This document shows, piece after piece, positions 42,701 to 57,971 of a stretch of DNA of 64,000 bases (the stretch's first letter is position 1; every line of letters begins with the position of its first letter). This DNA is from the human T2T-CHM13v2.0 reference genome, Homo sapiens: assembly GCF_009914755.1 (NCBI RefSeq), contig NC_060940.1. One strand, 5' to 3'. The notes beneath the pieces are model-generated. The model did no database searches, was not told the origin of the DNA, and saw only the letters and a list, made by a program, of their open reading frames with translations. A program made the translations under genes and the position numbers.

Positions 42701-45700
42701 TTAGGTGATTCCACATGATTCCATTAGATGATGATACTATTTGAGCCCATCCAATGATTCCCTTCGATTCCATTCGATGACGATTCCATTCGATTCAATT
42801 CATTGGTGATTCTATTCAATTCAATTCTTTGATTCCATTCCATTCCATTCGACAATGATTCCATTCGATTTCATTCGATGATTCCACTCGATTCCACTTG
42901 ACATTGATTCCATTCAATTCCATTCAATGATTCCATTTGATTCCAGAGGATGATGATTGCCATCGATTCCATTCGATCACTCCATTCTATTCCATTTGAT
43001 GATGATTACATTCGATTCCATTTGATGATTCCATCTGATTCTATTCGAGGATTCCGTTTGATTCCTTTCGATGATGATTCCATTCGAGTCCATTCGATGA
43101 TTTCATTCGAGTACATCCAATGATTCCATTCGAGTCCATTTGATGATTCCATTTGATTCCATTTGATAATGATTCTACTAGAGTCCATTCAATGACTCCA
43201 TTGGAGTCCATTCAACAATTCCATTCGACTCCATTCGATGATTCCATTCGAGTCCATTTGATGGTTCCATTCGAGTCCATTTAATCATTACAGTCGAGTC
43301 CATTTGGTGATTCCACTGGATTTCTTTTGATAATGATACCATTCAATTACATTTGATGATTATCCCATTCAATTTCATTTGATGATGATTCCATTAGAGT
43401 CCATTCAATGATTTCATTCGAGTCCCTTCATTGATTCCATCCGATTTCATTGGATGATGACTCCATTCGAGTCCATTCGATGATTCCACTCGATTCCATT
43501 AGATGATTCCATTGGAGCCCATTTGATTGTTCCATTCGATTCCATTCGATTCCTTTCGAAGATTATTCCATTTGAGTCCATTCGATGATGATTCCATTCC
43601 ATTCCATTCGATGATTCCGTTTGATTCCATTCGATGATTCCCTTCGATTCCTTTCTTTGATGATTCCATTCCATTCCATTCAATGATTCCATTCGAATCT
43701 ATTCCATGATGATTCCTTTCGATTCCATTCGCTGATGTTTCCGTTCAATTCCATTCGATGATGATTCCATTCGATTCCATTCATTGAGGATTCCATTTGA
43801 TTCCATTAAATGATGATTCCGTTCTATTCCATTCAATGATTGCATTCAATTCCATTCAATGATTATCCCCTTAGAGTAAACTCAACGATTCCATTCAATA
43901 CCATTCGATGATGATTCCTTTTGAGTCCATTCAATGATTTCATTCAAGTCCATTTAATGATTCCTTTCAATTCCATTCTATGATGATTCCATTCGAGTCC
44001 ATTCGATGATTCCATTCGATTGCATTCGATGATTCCATTATATTCCAGTCAACGATGATTCCATTCGAGTCCATTCGATGATTCCATTAGAGTATATTTA
44101 ATGATTGCTTTGTTTTCAATTCGAAGATGATTACATTGGATTCCATTCTATGATACCATTCGATTCCATTCAATGATGATTCCACTCAAATCCATTGGAT
44201 GATTCCATTCGTGTCCATTCGGTGATTTCATTAGATTCCATTCGAGGATGATTCCATTCGATTCCATTCGATGATTCCATTCAATTCCATTCGATGATGA
44301 TTCCATTCCAGTCCATATGATCATTCCATTTGATTTCATTCGATGATGTTTCTATTCGATTCCATTCGACGATTCCATTCTATTCCATTCGATGATGATT
44401 CCATTCGAGTGCATTCGATGATTCCATTCGAGTCCATTTAATGATTCCATTGGGTTCAATTCAATGATGATTACATTGGATTCCGTTCTATGATTCCATT
44501 CAATTCCGTTCATTGACAATTTGATTCCATTCGATGATGATTCCATTTGAGTTCATTCGATGATTCTATTCGATTCTCTTCGATGGTGATTCAATTCTAT
44601 TATATTGGATGATTCCATTCGATTCCATTTGATGTTGATTCAATTCGATTCTATTCGATGATGATTCCATTGGATTTCACTTGATGATTCTATTCGATTC
44701 CATTCAATGATGATTCACTTCTCGTCCATTGGATGATTCCATTTCATTCCATTCGATGATGATTCCATTCGATTCCATTCGATGATTCCATTTGATTCCA
44801 TGCGACGGTGAGCAATTCGATTCAATTCCATGATGATTCTATTTGATTCAATTAGATGATGTTTCCATTCGAATCCATTCCATGATTATTCCATTGGAAT
44901 CCATTTGGCGATGATTCCATATGAGTCAATTCAATGATGATTCCATATGGGTCCGTTCGATGATAATTCCATTTGATTTCATTCGATGCTCCTATTCAAT
45001 TCCAGTTGATGATGATTCCGTTGGAGTCCATACGATGATTCCATTTGATTTCATTTGATGATGATTCCATTCGATGATGATTACATTGGATTCCATTCTA
45101 TGATTCCATTCAATTCCATTCGTTGATGATTCGATTCCATTCAATGATGATTCCATTTGAGTTCATTCGATGATTCTATTCGATTCCGTTCGATGGTGAT
45201 TCAATTCTATTATATTGGATGATTCCACTCGATTCCATTTGATGATTATTCCATTGGAGTCCACTTAGTGAATCCTTTAGATTCTACTCGAAGATGATTC
45301 CATTCGAGTCCATTCGATGATACCATTCAATTCCATTCGTTGATGCTTCCATTCAAGTGCATTCGATGATATCATTCGATTCCATTTGATGATAATTCCA
45401 TTTGATTCCATGCGATGATTCTATTCGATTCCATTCAATGATAATTCCATTCAATTCAGTGATTCCTCTGGACTCCATTTGATGATGATTCCATTCAATG
45501 ATTCCATTCGATTCTATTCCAAAATGATTCCATTTGAATCCATTTGATGATGATTCCATTAGATTTCATTTGATGATTCCATTCGATTCCATTCGACGAT
45601 GATTCCATTCGATTCCATTTGATGATTCCATTCTATTCTATTCGATGATGATTCCATTCGATTCCATTCGATGATGATTGGATTCGATTCCATTTGATGA

Positions 45701-45892
45701 TTTCATTTGATTCCATTCGTTAATGATTTCGATCAACTCCATTCGATGATTCCATTTCATTCCATTCGATAATGATTACATCCGAGTCCATTCGATGATT
45801 CCATTTGAGCCCGTTCGATAATTCCATTTGAGTCCAATCAATGATTCCATTCATTTCCATTCAATGATTCCATTCGAGTCCATTTGATCATT
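39786..45892 (+). repeat. Unit 9: near-complete B-type unit, 6107 bp
   Basis: Landmarks at 39786 and 45893. Contains the 72-, 23- and 170-bp segments missing from A-type units. Confidence 0.88.
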
Positions 45893-48800
45893 CTGGTATG
45901 GCCCGTTCGATGTTGATTCCATTGGAGTGCATTCGATGATTCCATTCGAGTCCATTTTAGGATTTGATTCGAGTCCTTTCGATGATTCCATTCGATTCCA
46001 CTCGATGATGATTTCATTCGAGTCCATTCGACACTTCCAATCGATTCCATTTGATGTTTCCATTCGAGTCCAATTGATGATTCCATTCAATTCCATTCGA
46101 TGATGATTCCGTACGATTCCATTCTGTGATGATTCCATGTAATTGCATTCAATGATGATTCCTTTCGATTGCATTCGATTATGATTCATTTCGTGTTCAT
46201 TCTATGGTTCCACAGGTTTCCATTCGATGAGGTTTCCGTTCGTGTCCATTCCATTATTCCATTCTATTTCATTTGATGATGATTCCATTCGATTCCTCTC
46301 ATTGGTGATTCCACTCAATTCCATTCAATGATTCCATTCCATTTCTTTCAACAATGATTCCATTAGTTTCTATTCGATGATCCACTTGATTCCATTTGGC
46401 GATGATTCCATTCGTGTCCATTCGATGATTCCATTTGATTCCATATGATGATGATTCCATTCGATTCCATACGATGATGATTCCATTCGAGTCCATTCAA
46501 CGGTGATTCCATTCAATTCCATTCGATGATTCCTTCCGATTCCATTCGATGATGATGGCATTCGATTCTTTTCAATCATTCCCTTTGATTCCATTCAAAG
46601 GTGATTTCATTCAAGTCCATTCGATAATTGCATTCGATTCCATTCTATGATGATTCCATTCGAGTCCATTCGATGATTCCATTCAATTCATGTCAATGAT
46701 GATTCCATTCGATTCCATTCGATGATTCCATTGGATTCCATTCGATGATGATTCCATTCAAATCCATTCGATAATTCAATTCAAGTCCATTCGATGATGA
46801 TTCCAATCGAATCCATTCAAAGATTCCATTCAGTTCCATTCAATGATTCCCTTAGATTCCATTCGATGATTCCACTTGATTCCATTTACGATGATTCCAT
46901 TCGATTCCATGTGATGATTCCATTCAATTCATTTCAATGATGTTTCCATTTGATTCCATTCGACCATGATTGCCTTTGATTCCATTCAATGATTCCATTC
47001 GGTTCCTTTTGATGATGATTCCGTTCGATTCCATTTGATGATTCCATTTGATTCCATTGGATGAGTCCATTCGATTACATTCGATGATTACTCCATTCGA
47101 GTGCATTAGATGATTCCATTCGAGTCCATTCGATGATTCCATTCGATTCCATTCGATGTTGATTCTGTTCAAATCCATTCAATGATTTCACTCGATTCCA
47201 TTCGATGACTCCATTTGATCCCATTCGATGATTTCCTGTGATTCCCTTTGATGATCATTCCATTTGATTCAATTCGGTGATTTCATTTGATTCCATTCAG
47301 TGATGTTTCCATTCAACTCCTTTCGATGATGATTCCATTCGACTCCATTCGATTATGATTTCATTCAATTCCATTCGATAATGATTCCCTTCGAATCCAT
47401 TCGATGATTCCATTCGATTCCATTCAACGATGATTTGATTCGTGTCCATTCGATGATTCCATTTGATTCCACTTGATGATGATTCCAATCGAGTCCTTTT
47501 GATGATTCCATTCAATTCCATTCTCCGATGATTTCTTTTGATCCCACTCAATGCTTTCACTCGATTCCATATGATGATGACTCCATTCGATGAAATTCGA
47601 TGATGATTCCATTCGCTTGCTTTCGATGTTGATTCCACTTGAGTCCGTTAGAAGGTTCTATTCAATTACATTCCATGACGATTCCGTTCGAGTCCATTTG
47701 ATGATTCCATTAGACTCCATTCGACGATGATTCCATTCGATGTTATTCGATGATTCCATTCGATCTCATTCGATGATGATTCCATTCAACTCCATTCGAT
47801 GTTTCCATTCGAGTTCATTCTATTATTCCATTAGATTCCATTCGATGATGATTCCATTCGATTCCATTTGATGATTGCATTCTATTTCATTTGATGATGA
47901 TTCCATTCGAGTCCACTCTATGATTCCATTCGAGTCCATTTAATGAATCCATTGGTTTCAATTCTATGATGATTACATTGGATTCCATTCGTTGATGATT
48001 TCATTCGGTTCCATTCAATGATGATTCCATTCAATTCCTTTCAATGTTTCCATTCAATTCCATACGATGATGATTCCATTTGATTTGATTCGACAGTGAG
48101 CCATTCGATTCAATTCCATGATGATTCTATTTGATTCAATTGGTTGACATTTCCATTCGATTCCATTCGATGATGATTCCCTTTGATTCCATTCAAAGAT
48201 GATTCCATTCTAGCCCATTCAATCATTCCATTCGATTCTATTCAATGATGATTCCATTCATGTCGATTTGGTGATTCCATTTGACTTCATTTGATGATGA
48301 TTCCTTTCAAGTTCATTAGATGATTCCATTCGAATCCATTTGATGATGATCCCATTCGAGTCCATTCAGTGATTCCATTCGTTTCCATTCCATGATGATT
48401 CCATTCCATTCCATTCAATGATTCCATTCGATTCCGTTTGATGATGATTTCATTCGAGTCCATTTGATGATTCCATTTGATTCCATTCGATGATGATTCC
48501 ATTCGAGTCCATTCGATGATTCTATTCGAATCCACTTGATGATTTCTTTTGATTATAGTTGGTGATGATTCCATTGGAGTCCATTCAATGATTCCATTGG
48601 ATTCCAATCGATGGTGATTCCATTAGAGTCCATTTAATGATTCCATTTGATTCCAGTCTCTGATGATTACATTCGAGTCCATACGATGATTCCACTCAAT
48701 TCCATATGATGATGATTCCATTCGATTCCATTCGATGATTCCATTCTATTCTATTCAATGGTGATTCCATTCGAGTACATTAGATGATTCCATTCGATTC

Positions 48801-51800
48801 CATTCAATGATGATTCTATTTGTGTCCCTTAGATGATTCCACATGATTCCATTAGATGATGATACTATTTGAGCCCATCCAATGATTCCCTTCGATTCCA
48901 TTCGATGAGGATTCCATTCGATTCAATTCATTGGTGATTCTATTCAATTCAATTCTTTGATTCCATTCCATTCCATTCGACAATGATTCCATTCGATTTC
49001 TTTCGATGATTCCACTCGATTCCACTTGACATTGATTCCATTCGATTCCATTCAATGATTCCATTTGATTCCAGTGGATGATGATTGCCATCGATTCCAT
49101 TCGATCACTCCATTCTATTCCATTTGATGATGATTACATTCGATTCCATTTGATGATTCCATCTGATTCTATTCGAGGATTCCATTTGATTCCATTCGAT
49201 GATGATTCCATTCGAGTCCATTCGATGATTTCATTCGAGTACATCCAATGATTCCATTCGAGTCCATTTGATGATTCCATTTGATTCCATTTGATAATGA
49301 TTCTACTAGAGTCCATTCAATGACTCCATTGGAGTCCATTCAACAATTCCATTCGACTCCATTCGATGATTCCATTCGAGTCCATTTAATCATTACAGTC
49401 GAGTCCATTTGGTGATTCCACCGGATTTCTTTTGATAGTGATACCATTCAATTACATTTGATGATGATCCCATTCAATTTCATTTGATGATGATTCCATT
49501 AGAGTCCATTCGATGATTTCATTCGAGTCCCTTCATTGATTCCATCCGATTTCATTGGATGATGACTCCATTCGAGTCCATTCGATGATTCCACTCGATT
49601 CCATTAGATGATTCCATTGGAGTCCATTTGATTGTTCCATTCGATTCCATTCGATTCCTTTCGAAGATTATTCCATTTGAGTCCATTCGATGATGATTCC
49701 ATTCGAGTCCATTCGATGATTTCATTCGAGTACATCCAATGATTCCATTCGAGTCCATTTGATGATTCCATTTGATTCCATTTGATTATGATTCTACTAG
49801 AGTCCATTCAATGACTCCATTCGAATCCATTCAACAATTCCATTCGAGTCCATTCGATGATTCCATTTCATGATTCCATTCGAGTCCATTTAATCATTAC
49901 AGTCAAGTCCGTTTGGTGATTCCACTGGATTTCTTTTGATAATGATACCATTCTATTACATTTGATGAAGATCCCATTCAATTTCATTTGATGGTGATTC
50001 CATTAGAGTCCATTCGATGATTTCATTCGAGTCCCTTCATTGATTCCATCCGATTTCATTTGATGATGACTCCATTCGAGTTCATTCGATGATTCCACTC
50101 GATTCCATTAGATGATTCCATTGGAGTCCATTTCATTGTTCCATTCGATTCCATTCGATTCCTTTCGAAGATTATTCCATTTGAGTCCATTCGATGATGA
50201 TTCCATTCCATTCCATTCGATGATTCCGTTTGATTTCATTCGATGATTCCCTTCAATTCCTTTCTTTGATGATTCCATTCCATTCCATTCAATGATTCCA
50301 TTCGAATCTATTCCATGATGATTCCTTGCGATTCCATTCGCTGATGTTTCCATTCAATTCCATTCGATGATGATTCCATTCGATTCCATTCATTGAGGAT
50401 TCCATTTGATTCCATTAAATGATGATTCCGTTCTATTCCATTCAATGATTGCATTCAATTCCATTCAATGATTATCCACTTAGAGTAAACTCAACGATTC
50501 CATTCAATACGATTCGATGATGATTCCTTTTGAGTCCATTCAATGATTTCATTCAAGTCCATTTGATGATTCCTTTCAATTCCATTCTATGATGATTCCA
50601 TTCGAGTCCATTCGATGATTCCATTCAATTGCATTCGATGATTCCATTATATTCCAGTCAACGATGATTCCATTCGAGTCCATTCGATGATTCCATTAGA
50701 GTACATTTAATGATTGCTTTGTTTTCAATTCGAAGATGATTACATTGGATTCCATTCTATGATACCATTCGATTCCATTCAATGATGATTCCACTCAAAT
50801 CCATTGGATGATTCCATTCGTGTCCGTTCGGTGATTTCATTAGATTCCATTCGAGGATGATTCCATTCGATTCCATTCGATGATTCCATTCAATTCCATT
50901 CGATGATGATTCCATTCCAGTCCATATGATCATTCCATTTGATTTCATTCGATGATGATTCCATTCGATTCCATTCGATGATTCCATTCTATTCCATTCG
51001 ATGATGATTCCATTCGAGTCCATTCGATGATTCCATTCGAGTCCATTTAATGATTCCATTGGGTTCAATTCAATGATGATTACATTGGATTCCTTTCTAT
51101 GATTCCATTCAATTCCGTTCATTGACAATTTGATTCCATTCGATGATGATTCCATTTGAGTTCATTCGATGATTCTATTCGATTCTCTTCGATGGTGATT
51201 CAATTCTATTATATTGGATGATTCCATTCGATTCCATTTGATGTTGATTCAATTCGATTCTATTCGATGATGATTCCATTGGATTTCACTTGATGATTCT
51301 ATTCGATTCCATTCAATGATGATTCACTTCTCGTCCATTGGATGATTCCATTTCATTCCATTCGATGATGATTCCATTCGATTCCTTTCGATGATTCCAT
51401 TTGATTCCATGCGTCGGTGAGCAATTCGATTCAATTCCATGATGATTCTATTTGATTCAATTAGATGATGTTTCTATTCGAATCCATTCCATGATTATTC
51501 CATTGGAATCCATTCGGCGATGATTCCATATGAGTCAATTCAATGATGATTCCATATGGGTCCGTTCGATGATAATTCCATTTGATTTCATTCGATGCTT
51601 CTATTCTATTCCAGTCGATGATGATTCCGTTGGAGTCCATACGATGATTCCATTTGATTTCATTTGATGATGATTCCATTCGATGATGATTACATTGGAT
51701 TCCATTCTATGATTCCATTCAATTCCATTCGTTGATGATTCGATTCCATTCAATGATGATTCCATTTGAGTTCATTCGATGATTCTATTCGATTCCGTTC

Positions 51801-52501
51801 GATGGTGATTCAATTCTATTATATTGGATGATTCCACTCGATTCCATTTGATGATTATTCCATTGGAGTCCACTTAGTGAATCCTTTAGATTCTACTCGA
51901 AGATGATTCCCTTCGAGTCTATTCGATGATACCATTCAATTCCATTCGTTGATGCTTCCATTCAAGTGCATTCGATGTTATCATTCGATTCCATTTGATG
52001 ATAATTCCATTTGATTCCATGCGATGATTCTATTCGATTCCATTCAATGATAATTCCATTCAATTCAGTGATTCCTCTGGACTCCATTTGATGATGATTC
52101 CATTCAATGATTCCATTCGATTCTATTCCAAAATGATTCCATTTGAATCCATTTGATGATGATTCCATTAGATTACATTTGATGATTCCATTCGATTCCA
52201 TTCGACGATGATTCCATTCGATTCCGTTTGATGATTCCATTCTATTCTATTCGATGATGATTCCATTCGATTCCATTCGATGATGATTGGATTCGATTCC
52301 ATTTGATGATTTCATTTGATTCCATTCGTTAATGATTTCGATCAACTCCATTCGATGATTCCATTTAATTCCATTCGATAATGATTACATCCGAGTCCAT
52401 TCGATGATTCCATTTGAGCCCGTTCGATAATTCCATTTGAGTCCAATCAATGATTCCATTCATTTCCATTCAATGATTCCATTCGAGTCCATTTGATCAT
52501 T
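45893..52501 (+). repeat. Unit 10: B-like unit with internal ~0.5 kb tandem duplication, 6609 bp
   Basis: Landmark mutated to CTGGTATGGCCC; TACATCCAATG occurs twice (49240, 49731). Confidence 0.86.
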
Positions 52502-55500
52502 CCGGTAGGGTCCGTTCGATGTTGATTCCATTGGAGTGCATTCGATGATTCCATTCGAGTCCATTTTAGGATTTGATTCGAGTCCTTTCGATGATTCCAT
52601 TCGATTCCACTCGATGATGATTTCATTCGAGTCCATTCGACACTTCCAATCGATTCCATTTGATGTTTCCATTCGATTCCAATTGATGATTCCATTCAAT
52701 TCCATTCGATGATGATTCCGTACGATTCCATTCTGTGATGATTCCATGTGATTGCATTCAATGATGATTCCTTTCGATTGCATTCGATTATGATTCATTT
52801 CGTGTTCATTCTATGGTTCCACAGGTTTCCATTCGATGAGGTTTCCGTTCGTGTCCATTCCATTATTCCATTCTATTTCATTTGATGATGATTTCATTCG
52901 ATTCCATTCATTGGTGATTCCACTCAATTCCATTCAATGATTCCATTCCATTTCTTTCAACAATGATTCCATTAGTTCCTATTCGATGATCCACTTGATT
53001 CCATTTGATGACGATTCCATTCGTGTCCATTCGATGATTCCATTTGATTCCATATGATGATGATTCCATTCGATTCCATACGATGATGATTCCATTCGAG
53101 TCCATTCAATGGTGATTCCATTCAATTCCATTCCATGATTCCTTTTGATTCCATTCGATGATGATGGCATTCGATTCCTTTCAATCATTCCCTTTGATTC
53201 CATTCAAAGGTGATTTCATTCAAGTCCATTCGATAATTGCATTCGATTCCATTCTATGATGATTCCATTCGAGTCCATTTGATGATTCCATTCAATTCAA
53301 GTCAATGATGATTCCATTCGATTCCACTCGATGATTCCATTGGATTCCATTCGATGATGATTCCATTCAAATCCATTCGATAATTCAATTCAAGTCCATT
53401 CGATGATGATTCCAATCGAATCCATTCAAAGATTCCATTCAATTCCATTCGATGATGATTCCCTTAGATTCCATTCGATGATTCCACTTGATTCCATTTA
53501 AGATGATTCCATTTGATTCCATGTGATGAATCCATTCAATTCTATTCAATGATGTTTCCATTTGATTCGATTGGACCATGATTGCCTTTGATTCCATTCA
53601 ATGATTCCATACGGTTCCATTTGATGATGATTCCGTTCGATTCCATTTCATTATTCCATTTGATTCCATTGGATGAGTCCATTCGATTACATTCGATGAT
53701 TATTCCATTCGAGTGCATTAGATGATTGCATTCGTGTCCATTCGATGATTCCATTCGATTCCATTCGATGTTGATTCTGTTCAAATCCATTCGATGATTC
53801 CACTCGATTCCATTGGATGACTCCATTTGATCCCTTTCGATGATTTCCTGTGATTCCCTTTGATGATCATTCTATTTGATTCAATTCGGTGATTTCATTT
53901 CATTCCATTCAGTGATGTTTCCATTCGACTGTATTCGATGATGATTCCATTCGACTCCATTCGATTATGATTTCATTCAATTCCATTCCATAATGATTCC
54001 CTTCGAGTCCATTCGATGATTCCATTCGATTCCATTCAACGATGATTTGATTCGTTTCCATTCGATGATTCCATTTGATTCCACTTGATGATGATTCCAT
54101 TCGAGTCCATTTGATGATTCCATTCGAGTCTATTTATGTATTATATTCATGTCCACTTCATGATTCCATTCAATTCCATTTAATGTTGATTCCATTTGAT
54201 TCCATTTGATGATTCAGTTCGATTCCTTGCAATGATTCCCTACGATTCCTTTCTATGATGATTCCATTCGATTCCATTCATTGATGATTTCATTCGACTC
54301 CATTCGATGATGATTCCTTTCGATTCCATTTGACGATGTTTCCATTCGAGTCCATTCGATGATGATTCTATTCAATTCTGTTCTATTATGATTCCATTCG
54401 ATTTCATTCAATGCTTCTATTTGATTCCATTCGATGATGATTCCATCTCTTTCCCTTCGATGATTCCATTTGATTCCATTCAGTGATGATTCCATTTGAT
54501 TCCATCTGATGATGATTTCACTTGATTCCTTTCAATGATGATTCAATTCAAGTCCATTCGATGATTCCATTGGAGTCCAAACGATCATTCCGTTCGATTC
54601 CATTCAATGGTGATTCCATTCATGTCCATTCGATGAATCCATTCAATTCCATTCGATGATGACTCCATTCGAGTACATTCGATGATTCCATTTGATTCCA
54701 TTGGAAGATGATTCCATTCAATTCCATTCGAAGATGATTCCATTCAATTCCATTCGATGATGATTCCGTATGAATCCATTCTCTGATTATTCCATTCGAT
54801 TCCATTCATTGACGATTCCATTCAATTCCATTCAATGATGATTCTCTTCTATTCCATTCGATGATTCCGGTCGATTCCATTCGATGATGATTCCATTAGA
54901 TTCCATTCGATTGTTGCATTCGATTCCCTTCGATGATGATTCCTTTGAATTCCATTCGATTATCATTCCGTATGAATCCATTTGATGATTATTCCATTGG
55001 ATTCCTTTCGATGATGATTCCATTCGATTCCATTTGATGATGTTTCTCTTGTATTCCATTGGATAATTCCTTTCAGTTCCCTTCGATGATTATTCTTTCG
55101 AGTCAATTCGATGATTCTATTCCATTCCCTTCGATGATGATTCCATTTCACTCCATTTGATGATTCCATTCGACTCAATTTGGTGATGATTCAATTCGAT
55201 GACATTCGATGACTCCATTCAATTTCATTTGATGATGATTACATTCGAGTCCATTTGATGATTGTATTCCTTTCCTTTTGATGATTATTCCATTCGTGTC
55301 TATTCAAAGGTTCCATTCTATTCCATTCAATGATGATTGCATTTGATTCCATTCAATGATTATGGCTATCGATTCCACTCGTTGATTCCATTTGATTCCG
55401 TTCGATGATTATTCTGTTAGATTCCATTAGAAGATTCCATTCGATTTTATTCAATGATTCCAATGGATTCCATTCAATGATGATTCCATTCGACTCCATT

Positions 55501-57971
55501 CAGTGATTCCATTCGAGTCCATTTGATGATTCCATTCTTTTCCATTTGATGATGATTCCATTAGGGTCCATTCAATGATTCCATTCGAGTCCATTCGTTA
55601 ATGCCTTTCGAGTCCTTTTGATCACTACATTCGAGTCCATTCAATGATTCTATTCGATTCCATTCCATGATGATTCCATTCGAGTTCATTCGATGATTGC
55701 ATTCGAGTCCATTTGATGATTCCATATGATTCCCTTCGACAATGATTCCATTCGTGTCCATTTGATGATTCCATTCATTTCCTATCGATGAAGATTCCAT
55801 TCAAGTGTATTCGATGATTCCATTCAAATCCATTCGATGATGATTCCATTTGATTCCATTCATTGAGGATTCCATTTGATTCCATTAAATGATGATTCCG
55901 TTCTATTCCATTCAATGATTGCATTCAATTCCATTCAATGATTATCCCCTTAGAGTAAACTCAACGATTCCATTCAATACCATTCGATGATGATTCCTTT
56001 TGAGTCCATTCAATGATTTCATTCAAGTCCATTTGATGATTCCTTTCAATTCCATTCTATGATGATTCCATTCGAGTCCATTCGATGATTCCATTCAATT
56101 GCATTCGATGATTCCATTATATTCCAGTCAACGATGATTCCATTCGAGTCCATTCGATGATTCCATTAGAGTACATTTAATGATTGCTTTGTTTTCAATT
56201 CGAAGATGATTACATTGGATTCCATTCTATGATACCATTCGATTCCATTCAATGATGATTCCACTCAAATCCATTGGATGATTCCATTCGTGTCCGTTCG
56301 GTGATTTCATTAGATTCCATTCGAGGATGATTCCATTCGATTCCATTCGATGATTCCATTCAATTCCATTCGATGATGATTCCATTCCAGTCCATATGAT
56401 CATTCCATTTGATTTCATTCGATGATGATTCCATTCGATTCCATTCGATGATTCCATTCTATTCCATTCGATGATGATTCCATTCGAGTCCATTCGATGA
56501 TTCCATTCGAGTCCATTTAATGATTCCATTGGGTTCAATTCAATGATGATTACATTGGATTCCGTTCTATGATTCCATTCAATTCCGTTCATTGACAATT
56601 TGATTCCATTCGATGATGATTCCATTTGAGTTCATTCGATGATTCTATTCGATTCTCTTCGATGGTGATTCAATTCTATTATATTGGATGATTCCATTCG
56701 ATTCCATTTGATGTTGATTCAATTCGATTCTATTCGATGATGATTCCATTGGATTTCACTTGATGATTCTATTCGATTCCATTCAATGATGATTCACTTC
56801 TCGTCCATTGGATGATTCCATTTCATTCCATTCGATGATGATTCCATTCGATTCCTTTCGATGATTCCATTTGATTCCATGCGACGGTGAGCAATTCGAT
56901 TCAATTCCATGATGATTCTATTTGATTCAATTAGATGATGTTTCCATTCGAATCCACTCCATGATTATTCCATTGGAATCCATTTGGCGATGATTCCATA
57001 TGAGTCAATTCAATGATGATTCCATATGGGTCCGTTCGATGATAATTCCATTTGATTTCATTCGATGCTTCTATTCAATTCCAGTCGATGATGATTCCGT
57101 TGGAGTCCATACGATGATTCCATTTGATTTCATTTGATGATGATTCCATTCGATGATGATTACATTGGATTCCATTCTATGATTCCATTCAATTCCATTC
57201 GTTGATGATTCGATTCCATTCAATGATGATTCCATTTGAGTTCATTCGATGATTCTATTCGATTCCGTTCGATGGTGATTCAATTCTATTATATTGGATG
57301 ATTCCACTCGATTCCATTTGATGATTATTCCATTGGAGTCCACTTAGTGAATCCTTTAGATTCTACTCGAAGATGATTCCATTCGAGTCCATTCGATGAT
57401 ACCATTCAATTCTATTCGTTGATGCTTCCATTCAAGTGCATTCGATGATATCATTCGATTCCATTTGATGATAATTCCATTTGATTCCATGCGATGATTC
57501 TATTCGATTCCATTCAATGATAATTCCATTCAATACAGTGATTCCTCTGGACTCCATTTGATGATGATTCCATTCAATGATTCCATTCGATTCCATTCCA
57601 AAATGATTCCATTTGAATCCATTTGATGATGATTCCATTAGATTCCATTTGATGATTCCATTCGATTCCATTTGACGATGATTCCATTCGATTCCATTTG
57701 ATGATTCCATTCTATTCTATTCGATGATGATTCCATTCGATTCCATTCGATGATGATTGGATTCGATTCCATTTGATGATTTCATTTGATTCCATTCGTT
57801 AATGATTTCGATCAACTCCATTCGATGATTCCATTTAATTCCATTCGATAATGATTACATCCGAGTCCATTCGATGATTCCATTTGAGCCCGTTCGATAA
57901 TTCCATTTGAGTCCAATCAATGATTCCATTCATTTCCATTCAATGATTCCATTCGAGTCCATTTGATCATT
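52502..57971 (+). repeat. Unit 11: S/long hybrid unit, 5470 bp
   Basis: S-type to ~55850 (offset 45850 to unit 2), then long-unit tail from CATTCATTGAGGATTCC (offset 51320 to unit 1). Confidence 0.87.
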
